NCBI GenBank assembly: GCA_051954855.1
Contig: JBQCHH010000008.1
Coordinates: 18,978-82,977, forward strand
Direction: 5' to 3'
Length of the DNA stretch: 64,000 bases
DNA from: Solirubrobacterales bacterium
Lineage (GTDB): Bacteria > Actinomycetota > Thermoleophilia > Solirubrobacterales > 70-9
Every line of letters starts with the position of its first letter. Position 1 is the stretch's first letter. The notes beneath the pieces are model-generated. The model did no database searches and had not been told where the DNA came from. It saw only the letters and a program-made list of their open reading frames with translations. Shown in pieces: positions 8,925 to 18,467 of this stretch. The position numbers and the translations under genes are program-made.

Positions 8925-9407
8925 GTGTCCGAGAGTTTCGACTGGCCCGACGATCCCGCCGAGCGCGCGCAGGAGCTCGTCGAGGGTGTCCTCGACGAGC
9001 TCGATCTCGACGGCGAGGTCCTGATCGAGGAGGACGACGACCGCATCCTGCTCACGGTCGAGGGAGACGACGACTACGGCCTCCTGATCGGGAAGCGGGG
9101 GCAGACGATCGATGCCTTGCAGCTGCTCTGCTACCAGGCCGCCTTCCGAGGCCTGCGCGACCGTAAGCGGGTGGTCGTGGACGCCGCCGGCTATCGCGCG
9201 CGGCGGCGGGAGACGCTGGAGGGGCGCGCCGACCGCGCCGCCGAGCAGGCGCTGACCAACAACCGCCAGGTCGAGATGGACCCGATGAGCGCGCAGGAAC
9301 GGCGCGTCGTCCACGAACGGCTGAAAGAGCGGCCGGGGATCGAGACCTACAGCGAGGGCGACGAGCCCAACCGCTGCGTGATCGTCGCCCCGCTCCTGCC
9401 GGAGTGA
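8925..9407 (+). CDS. jag: Jag/KhpB RNA-binding protein (KH + R3H domains)
   Basis: LIGKRGQTIDALQ (KH GxxG) and SAQERRVVHERLKERPGIETYSEGDEPNRCVIV (R3H). GTG start at 8925. Confidence 0.85.
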   Translation: MSESFDWPDDPAERAQELVEGVLDELDLDGEVLIEEDDDRILLTVEGDDDYGLLIGKRGQTIDALQLLCYQAAFRGLRDRKRVVVDAAGYRARRRETLEGRADRAAEQALTNNRQVEMDPMSAQERRVVHERLKERPGIETYSEGDEPNRCVIVAPLLPE

Positions 9408-10081
9408 GCGCCGACCCGGCGACGCTTCCGCAGGCTGCCCGCGAGCAGCTGGAAAAGGCGCTCGAACTGCTCGCCGAGGAGCGGGCCTCGGTCAGCTCGG
9501 TGGTCGACGAGCGGGCCTGGCAGGTACACGTCGTCGACAGCCTCACCGGATTGGAGGTGCCCCAGCTACGCCAAGCGGGTCGCATCGCGGACGTGGGCGC
9601 GGGAGCGGGCTTTCCGGGCCTGGCGCTGGCCGTGGCCCTGCCCGACGCCCAAGTCGACTTGATCGAGTCGGTCGGACGCAAGTGCGAGTTCATGCGCCGC
9701 GCCATCGAGGCGGCCGGAATCGACAACGCCACTGTTCTCAACACCCGCTCCGAGGATTGGGCCGGCTCCGGGGGACGCGAGGCCTACGACACTGTCACCG
9801 CCCGCGCCGTCGGCCGTCTCTCGACCCTCGCCGAGCTCGCGAGCCCGCTTCTGAAGCCAAATGGCGTCCTGGTTGCCTGGAAGGGCAAGCGCGACGCGGA
9901 TGAAGAGCGGCAGCTTGCGAACGCGTCTGAAGACCTCGCCGTGGCCCCTGAGCAGATCCTCGACGTCGGCAACCGCGCCGGCTCCGAGCACCGCCACCTC
10001 CACGTAGCCCGCAAGATCGGCCCCACGCCGCCAAACCTGCCTCGCAAGCCCGGAATAGCCAAGAAGCGCCCCAAGGGCTAG
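9404..10081 (+). CDS. rsmG: 16S rRNA (guanine527-N7)-methyltransferase RsmG (GidB)
   Basis: VVDSL, IADVGAGAGFPGLALAV (SAM motif I), DLIESVGRKCEFM, TARAVG, WKG. GTGA overlap with jag. Confidence 0.9.
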   Translation: MSADPATLPQAAREQLEKALELLAEERASVSSVVDERAWQVHVVDSLTGLEVPQLRQAGRIADVGAGAGFPGLALAVALPDAQVDLIESVGRKCEFMRRAIEAAGIDNATVLNTRSEDWAGSGGREAYDTVTARAVGRLSTLAELASPLLKPNGVLVAWKGKRDADEERQLANASEDLAVAPEQILDVGNRAGSEHRHLHVARKIGPTPPNLPRKPGIAKKRPKG

Positions 10082-10848
10082 CGACGCTTCTTTTTCTTTT
10101 TAGGGGGAGGCGGTGGCGGTTTCGCGGCCTGGATAGCCGCGGCGCCTTCAGGCGTCGCCGCAACCGGCGGCGGGATGATTTTCTGGATCACGAACGACTG
10201 CCCGATCGTCCAGAAGTTGGTGGTGATCCAGTAGAGGATCAGCCCCGCGGGGAAGTTGAGGATGAAGGGAACGAAGACCAGCGGCAACAGGAACATCATC
10301 GTCCGCTGGCTTTTGTCAGCGGTTACCGACATCACCATGCCGGAGACGAGCTGGGTGCCGACGTAGAGGATCAGCAACGCGATCAGTTCGCCCCCCGTCG
10401 CCTTTCCGGTCAGGTCATGGATGAAGAGGAATTCGGCTCCATAGGCGCTGCAGTGGCCGGCGGCTTCACAGCCCATGTCCGGGGGAAGCTCGTGGCGGAG
10501 GACGTAGAAGAGCGTGATGAAGACCGGCAGCTGGAGCAGCAGCGGCAGGCAGGAGGCGAAGGGATTGACTTTGTTCTCTTTGTAGAAGCGCATCATTTCC
10601 TGCTGCATGCGCTGTTTGTCGTTTTTGTACTTCTCCTGCAGCTCCTTGATCTGCGGCTGCAGGGCCTGCAGCGCGCGCATCCCTTTCAGCTGTTTGTAGG
10701 TCAGCGGAATCAGGATCGCCCGCGTAACGACGGTCAGGGCGATGATCGACATTCCCCAGCTGAGGCCGGCGTTGTCGTGGAAGAACTTCAGGACCGCGTT
10801 CGCGATATCGATCAGCGGCTGCAGGATGTTTGCGTCAGGCAGGATCAC
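10078..10848 (-). CDS. yidC: Membrane protein insertase YidC/Oxa1 family
   Basis: [74 protein letters not shown], basic C-terminal tail KKKKKRR. Confidence 0.9.
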   Translation of the reverse strand: [256 protein letters not shown]

Positions 10849-11120
10849 GGGTGGGGAGCTTTGCGGTGGTAGTCGGCGGGGTGGACCGGGCCGGTGCGGA
10901 GCGTGAATCTATCGGGGACGGGGTCGAAGCCGCCGTGACTGAAGGGATTGCAGCGCAGAAGCCGCCATCCGGCAACGAGAACACCGCGGCTTACGCCGAA
11001 GCGCTCGACCGCCTCCACAGCATAGGCAGAGCAGGTCGGCTCGTAGCGGCAGCGGCGGGGAAGGTGCGGGGAAATCCAGCGCTGATAGGCGCGGATGGGG
11101 GTGAGAAGGAGCCGTTTCAC
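10845..11120 (-). CDS. yidD: Membrane protein insertion efficiency factor YidD
   Basis: IRAYQRWISPHLPRRCRYEPTCSAYAVEAVERFG...RLLRCNPFSHGGFDPVP. Confidence 0.9.
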   Translation of the reverse strand: MKRLLLTPIRAYQRWISPHLPRRCRYEPTCSAYAVEAVERFGVSRGVLVAGWRLLRCNPFSHGGFDPVPDRFTLRTGPVHPADYHRKAPHP

Positions 11121-11128
11121 GTGGAACG
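11113..11128. promoter_or_regulatory. parS-like near-palindrome CGTTTCACGTGGAACG
   Basis: 13 of 14 core positions match the widespread parS core GTTTCACGTGAAAC. Lies on the rnpA stop / yidD start junction, about 3 kb from parAB. Confidence 0.35.
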
Positions 11129-11473
11129 CACCTTCGCCAGAGCCTCCTCGAGGTTGGCGGCGACGCCCGCCACTCCCTCTTTCTCGATCAAGTCATTGAT
11201 CTCCCTGCGGGCGACGATGACGAAATCATGGCGCGGGGGTAGACGATCGGCAAGGCCCCAGAAAGCCTCACGCAGCACCCGCTTCACCTTGTTGCGATCG
11301 ACCGCTCCGCCCACCTTGCGACTGACCGAGACGCCCAGCCGCACGTCCTCGCGCTCCTCGTCTTTGCGCGGGAACGTGTAGAGCACGAGATAGCGGGTCG
11401 CATGGGAGGACCCGTCGCGATACACGCGGTCGAACTCGCCGCTGCGCGAGAGGCGGCGTCGCCGGCCGGGCAT
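11117..11473 (-). CDS. rnpA: Ribonuclease P protein component
   Basis: Basic 118-aa protein: RLSRSGEFDRVYRDG, RLGVSVSRKVGGAVDRNKVKRVLREAF (RNR-like motif). Directly follows rpmH. Confidence 0.9.
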   Translation of the reverse strand: MPGRRRRLSRSGEFDRVYRDGSSHATRYLVLYTFPRKDEEREDVRLGVSVSRKVGGAVDRNKVKRVLREAFWGLADRLPPRHDFVIVARREINDLIEKEGVAGVAANLEEALAKVRST

Positions 11474-11608
11474 CTAAGGAGTGAGGCGCTTGCGCCCTTT
11501 ACGCCGGCGGCGCTTGAGGATGGCGCGGCCGCCGCGGCTGCTCATGCGTGCGCGAAAGCCGTGGGTCTTCGCCCGCTTCCGCTTCTTTGGCTGGTAGGTG
11601 CGCTTCAT
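11474..11608 (-). CDS. rpmH: 50S ribosomal protein L34
   Basis: The last 44 codons of the spurious 561-aa ORF read [47 protein letters not shown] is the complement of 11606-11608. Confidence 0.95.
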   Translation of the reverse strand: MKRTYQPKKRKRAKTHGFRARMSSRGGRAILKRRRRKGRKRLTP

Positions 11609-11707
11609 GCCGGCGGAAGTATAGGGAGGAACGTCTGAAATCTTTTCTGCGGCAATTGCGAGGCGCCCGGCAAGCGTGCTCAGGCACGGCGCTATGGTCG
11701 CCGCTCG

Positions 11708-13030
11708 GTGCCCGATGATTCTCCCCAACCCCCACTCGACGCCCTCTGGAGGGCAACCCAGGAGCGCCTTAAGGCGTCGGTGCCGGAGTCGACCTACAGC
11801 CTCTGGCTGGAGCCGCTCGGGGTCGCCGGAGCTGACGGGCAAACGCTCTACCTGACGGCGCCCGAGGGGATCCGCGCCTGGACCGAACGCCGCTACTCCT
11901 CGCTGATCGCCGAAGCGCTGGCCGAGCTCGACTCCTCCCTGACGCAGGTGAGCTTCGCCGAGCCACGGGAAGCTACGGGGGACCTTCAGTCCGACCTCGA
12001 GCTGAACCCCAACTACACCTTCGAGCGCTTCGTGATCGGCCCCGGCAACCGCTTGGCCCACGGCGCCGCCCTCGCCGTGGCCGAGGCGCCTTCTGAGGCC
12101 TATAACCCGCTCTTCCTGCACGGGCCGCCGGGATTGGGCAAGACGCACCTCCTGGCGGCGATCGCCAACTACCTGCGCGACAACGCTCCCGGCCTCAGCG
12201 TCCGCTACACGACCGCCGAGTCGTTCACGAACGAGTTCGTCGCCGCGCTGAAGTCGAAGGGCAGCGACGCCTTCAAGGCGCGCTACCGGGACATCGACGT
12301 GCTCCTGATCGACGACGTGCAGTTCCTCGAGGGCAAGCCGGCAACCGAGGAGGAGTTCTTCCACACCTTCAACGCCCTCTACGAGGGAGGCAGCCAGCTC
12401 GTCCTCTCCGCCGACCGCATTCCCAGCGAGCTCTCTACGCTCGCATCGCGCCTGCGCGATCGCTTCGAGTGGGGGCTGACGGTCGCGGTCGAGCCACCCA
12501 ACCTGGCGACGCGGCTCACCGTCCTGCGCCGGCTGGTCGAGGAGGCCGGGGTCGAGATCCCCGATTCCAACGCCCTTGTCGAGTTGGCGAACCGGATTGA
12601 CGCCAACGTCCGCCAGTTGCACGGGGCACTGACGAAAGTCATCGCCCACGCCTCGCTGATGGCCCGCCCGCTCAGCGCCGATCTGATCGCCGAGGTGATC
12701 CCGGCGGGCGGGCGCAGCTCCCGTCCAACCTCGGTTGAGGAGATTCAGCAGCGCGTCGCCGAGCGCTTCGGCATCTCCCGCGCCGAGCTGGTCGGCACCA
12801 GTCGCGCCGCCACTCCCCTGCGCGCCCGGCAGGTGGCGATCTTTCTCACTCGCGACCTCACCGACCTTTCCCTGCCGCAGATCGGCCGCCTCTACGGCGG
12901 TCGCGATCACACCACCGTCCTCAACTCCCTGCGCCGAGTCGAAGCGAGCCTTGACGAAGACGCCGAGCTGGCCGAGAAGATCCGGGAGTTGCGGGGAGCT
13001 ATCCACAACCCCGTGCCGGGGGAGCGCTGA
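11708..13030 (+). CDS. dnaA: Chromosomal replication initiator DnaA
   Basis: [35 protein letters not shown] (Walker A), [10 protein letters not shown]-terminal domain IV ([34 protein letters not shown]). GTG start. Confidence 0.95.
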   Translation: MPDDSPQPPLDALWRATQERLKASVPESTYSLWLEPLGVAGADGQTLYLTAPEGIRAWTERRYSSLIAEALAELDSSLTQVSFAEPREATGDLQSDLELNPNYTFERFVIGPGNRLAHGAALAVAEAPSEAYNPLFLHGPPGLGKTHLLAAIANYLRDNAPGLSVRYTTAESFTNEFVAALKSKGSDAFKARYRDIDVLLIDDVQFLEGKPATEEEFFHTFNALYEGGSQLVLSADRIPSELSTLASRLRDRFEWGLTVAVEPPNLATRLTVLRRLVEEAGVEIPDSNALVELANRIDANVRQLHGALTKVIAHASLMARPLSADLIAEVIPAGGRSSRPTSVEEIQQRVAERFGISRAELVGTSRAATPLRARQVAIFLTRDLTDLSLPQIGRLYGGRDHTTVLNSLRRVEASLDEDAELAEKIRELRGAIHNPVPGER

Positions 13031-13166
13031 TCGCCGCCGGCACTGCAAGAATCCCCAGCCTCCCACAGCGGCTTCCACATGCCGGAAACCGCGGCGGCAG
13101 GCCAAATCCCTCCCGCCCCCTACTTTTTCCACAAGCCCTAACCCAACTCGAGAAGGCAATCATCAG
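13031..13166. promoter_or_regulatory. Candidate oriC core: dnaA-dnaN intergenic region with three co-oriented DnaA-box-like 9-mers
   Basis: CCTCCCACA (13059-13067), GCTTCCACA (13071-13079) and TTTTCCACA (13125-13133; 8/9 to TTATCCACA). The 3' half is locally AT-richer. Confidence 0.4.
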
Positions 13167-14276
13167 TTGAAGCTCACGACCAAACGCGACGATCTCGTCT
13201 CCAAGCTCTCCACCGTCTCCAGGGCTGTTTCCACCCGCGCCGCCACCCAGGCGCTCTCCGGCGTGCTCCTCAATGCCGGCGATGGACGCGTCACCCTCGC
13301 TGCCACCGATCTCGACCTCGGGCTGGAGACTGCGCTCGAGGCGAACGTCGAGAGCGGCGGCACGGTTCTCCTTCCCGGCCGCCTCTTTGCCGAGGTCGCC
13401 CGTTCCCTGGCTGATCCGACCGTCGAAATCGAGTCGCGTGAGGCCGAGCACGACGTCGAGATCCGCAGCGGCGGCTCCAGCTTCCACCTGCGGGTGCTGC
13501 CGGTCGAGGATTTCCCGAAGCTTCCCCAGCCGCAGGAGGACGCGGGGCTGAAGATTCCGGCCGCGGCACTGGAAGAGAGCATCGAGCTGGTTGCGAGGGC
13601 CGCTTCGCGGGACGACATGCGGCCGGTCCTGACCGGCGTCTTCGTCACCGCCAGCGGCAAGGAGATGACGATGGTCGCGACCGACTCCTATCGGCTGGCC
13701 GTGAAGCGGACCGAGCTCGAGTCGGACCTCGGCGGTGAGCTCGAGGCGAACATCCCGGCGCGGGCGTTGCGGGAGCTGGGCCGGATTCTCTCCACCGAGG
13801 GCGCCGGCGATACCTCGATCTCACTGCTGCCGAACCAGGCGGTGTTCGTGGCCGGCTCGATCGTCCTCTCGACGCGGCTGATCGACGGCCAGTTCCCGAA
13901 CTTCCGCCAGCTGCTGCCGGAGTCCTACGAGCACGACGTGCGGCTTCCACGGCCGGACTTCCTCGACGTCACCCGCCGGGTCAGCCAGCTGGCGCTGCGC
14001 AACGCGCCGCTGCGGCTCTCGTTCAGCTCCGGGGAGCTGACGGTGGCGGCGGAGACGGCGGACGTCGGCGACGCGCGCGAGACGATGCCGGCGGCCTTCG
14101 AGGGCGAGCCGCTGGAGATCGGCTTCAACCCGGAGTTCCTGCGCGAGGGAATCGAAAGCGTCGCCGGCGACGAGGTGCTGGTGCGGTTGATCTCGCCGCT
14201 GCGTCCAGGCCTGCTGGAGCCGGTCGAGGGCGACGACTTCCGCTACCTGGTGATGCCGATCCGCCTCAACGTTTAG
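13167..14276 (+). CDS. dnaN: DNA polymerase III beta sliding clamp
   Basis: TTG 13167, with GAAGG about 10 nt upstream. LKLTTKRDDLVSKLSTVSRAVSTR...ALSGVLL, ATDSYRLAV, LIDGQFPNFRQLLP, C-terminal YLVMPIRL. Confidence 0.9.
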   Translation: MKLTTKRDDLVSKLSTVSRAVSTRAATQALSGVLLNAGDGRVTLAATDLDLGLETALEANVESGGTVLLPGRLFAEVARSLADPTVEIESREAEHDVEIRSGGSSFHLRVLPVEDFPKLPQPQEDAGLKIPAAALEESIELVARAASRDDMRPVLTGVFVTASGKEMTMVATDSYRLAVKRTELESDLGGELEANIPARALRELGRILSTEGAGDTSISLLPNQAVFVAGSIVLSTRLIDGQFPNFRQLLPESYEHDVRLPRPDFLDVTRRVSQLALRNAPLRLSFSSGELTVAAETADVGDARETMPAAFEGEPLEIGFNPEFLREGIESVAGDEVLVRLISPLRPGLLEPVEGDDFRYLVMPIRLNV

Positions 14277-14437
14277 TGCCCATCCGGCAACCCCCACGCA
14301 CGCCTGGCGGCGCCGGACACACTTCGCGGGGCGGCGTCCTCAGTCGGCCAAATGGCGCTGCCATTCGGCCTCCCTGCGTCCTACCCCCGCTCGGTCCGGC
14401 ACTTGCCAGGCGCACACGCGGGTTGCCGGATGGGCAC
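14276..14437. repeat. 162-nt long imperfect palindrome with 18-bp perfect termini (dnaN-recF spacer)
   Basis: GTGCCCATCCGGCAACCC (14276-14293) is the exact reverse complement of 14420-14437. Inner arms pair in blocks (GCCTGGC, GCCGGAC, GCGGGG). Tip hairpin is GGCCAAATGGC-gct-GCCATTCGGCC (14346-14370). Confidence 0.7.
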
Positions 14438-14468
14438 TTGGTGCTCCCGCCGGCCGGGTGAGCTCGCC

Positions 14469-15554
14469 GTGCTGGTCACCGCGATCGAGGCGAAGCCGCT
14501 GCGCAGCCTCAGCGGGGTGCGGGTCGAGTTGGCGCCGGGGATCGTCAGCGTCATCGGCCCCAACGGCGCCGGCAAGACGAACCTGATCGAGGCGCTCTAC
14601 TTCGCCCTCACCGGCCGTTCCTTTCGCACCTCGGACCGCCGCGACATGATCCCTTTCGGTGGCTCCCTTGCCAGGGCGGAAGCGACGATCCGCGATGAAG
14701 ATGGAATCGAGCACACGCTGCTGGCGGCGATCAGCCGCAGCGAAGGACGCCGGCACCTGCTCGACGGCAATCCCGCCGATCCGGCGACGCTGGCGCGGAG
14801 AAGACCGCCGGTGGCGGTCTTCTCCCCCGACCGGCTGACGCTGGTCAAGGGGCCGCCGGCGGAGCGCCGCGCCCACCTCGACGGCTTTGTCGCGGCACGC
14901 TGGCCGGCACGGGCGGAGCTGCGCAAGCGCTATGGCCAGGCGGTGGCGCAACGGAACGCGCTGCTCTCGCGCCTCAGTGCGGGTTACGGGTCGCCGGAGG
15001 ACCTGCGGATCTGGGACGCCGGCCTGGCCGAGGCCGCCGCGCCGCTGATCGAGGCGCGGGCGGAGGCGGTCGACGACCTCACCGCTCCCTTCGTCGAGGC
15101 CGCCGCCGAGCTGGGGCTGGAGGATGCGGCGCTCGATTACGCGCCGCGCGCCGCCGGCTCGGCGGAGGAGATCCGCGCCGGGCTGGAGGAGAGCCGAGAG
15201 CAGGACGTCAAGCTGGGCCGCAGTTCCTGGGGGCCGCACCTGGACGAGCTCAAGCTGAGCTCAGGCGGGCGCTCGCTGCGCCGCTACGGGTCCCAGGGCC
15301 AGCAACGCACTTCCCTGTTGGCGCTGCTCTTCGCCGAGCGCGAGGCGCTGCTGCGGGCACGACGGGTGACGCCGCTGCTATTGCTCGACGACGTGATGAG
15401 CGAGCTCGACCCCGGCCGGCGCGAGCGCCTGGTCGCCCGCCTCGGCGACGGAGGACAGGTGCTGATCACGGCTGCCGACGAAGAGCAGGTGCCGGTGATC
15501 GCCCGTGAATCGGTGGTGCGGATGCCACCGCAGACAGAAGGTGCCGGCGGATGA
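14469..15554 (+). CDS. recF: DNA replication/repair protein RecF
   Basis: VIGPNGAGKTNLIEALYF (Walker A), GPHLDEL, SQGQQRTSLLAL, LLLDDVMSELD. Start uncertain: GTG 14469 lies outside the palindrome, while ATG 14430 and ATG 14352 lie inside it. Confidence 0.85.
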   Translation: MLVTAIEAKPLRSLSGVRVELAPGIVSVIGPNGAGKTNLIEALYFALTGRSFRTSDRRDMIPFGGSLARAEATIRDEDGIEHTLLAAISRSEGRRHLLDGNPADPATLARRRPPVAVFSPDRLTLVKGPPAERRAHLDGFVAARWPARAELRKRYGQAVAQRNALLSRLSAGYGSPEDLRIWDAGLAEAAAPLIEARAEAVDDLTAPFVEAAAELGLEDAALDYAPRAAGSAEEIRAGLEESREQDVKLGRSSWGPHLDELKLSSGGRSLRRYGSQGQQRTSLLALLFAEREALLRARRVTPLLLLDDVMSELDPGRRERLVARLGDGGQVLITAADEEQVPVIARESVVRMPPQTEGAGG

Positions 15555-15850
15555 GCCGGCGCCGCGCTCCTCGCCCGGCCGCCGACGCGTTTCAGGCGGC
15601 ACTGCAGCAGGTCGCGCCGAAAACCCCGCTGGCGGCGGTTCAGGCAGCGTGGGAATCGGCGGTCGGGAAGCAGCTCGCGGCCGTCGCCACCCCCGTCTCC
15701 GAACGCGGCGGGACGCTGACGATCGAGTGCGCGGACGCGGTCTGGGCGCAGGAGCTCGACCTGATGCAGGAGACCCTTTTGCAGCGGCTGCGGGACGAGG
15801 TCGGAGAGCAGGCGCCGCAGGCGTTGCGCTTTCGCGTCAGATCCGACTGA
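15551..15850 (+). CDS. DUF721 domain protein (DciA-like, putative helicase operator)
   Basis: 99 aa. WESAVGKQLAAVATPVSERGGTLTIECADAVWAQEL...RLRDEVG...ALRFRV matches the DUF721 pattern. It holds the conserved recF-gyrB position, as the M. tuberculosis DciA gene does. ATGA overlap with recF. Confidence 0.7.
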   Translation: MSRRRAPRPAADAFQAALQQVAPKTPLAAVQAAWESAVGKQLAAVATPVSERGGTLTIECADAVWAQELDLMQETLLQRLRDEVGEQAPQALRFRVRSD

Positions 15851-15965
15851 TTCTCGTTACGCTTTTTCCACGATTTGCAGGGAATTTACCCGGTAGGGAG
15901 AGGTTGTCCGCGGTCCCGAACTGGTATTCTTATGGCAACTCGCGTTACGCCCCGACAACCCGTGA

Positions 15966-18431
<2,466 letters not shown>

Positions 18432-18467
18432 TCTCGCACCCAAACCGCTTAAAGGAGTAATGGCTTA

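Noticed and set aside
10081-10110. Pyrimidine/purine tract CTTCTTTTTCTTTTTAGGGGGAGG
   Set aside because: It is coding sequence: it encodes the [13 protein letters not shown] C-terminal tail of YidC on the minus strand. It is not a regulatory repeat.
11609-11707. rpmH-dnaA spacer as oriC
   Set aside because: It is only 99 bp and I found no TCCACA-type DnaA-box cores in it. The dnaA-dnaN spacer is the better candidate.
11474-13159. 561-aa minus-strand ORF covering the whole dnaA locus
   Set aside because: It is antisense to an unmistakable dnaA. Its Arg/Gly/Ala/Glu-rich low-complexity translation is typical of shadow ORFs in high-GC DNA. Only its last 44 codons (rpmH) are real.
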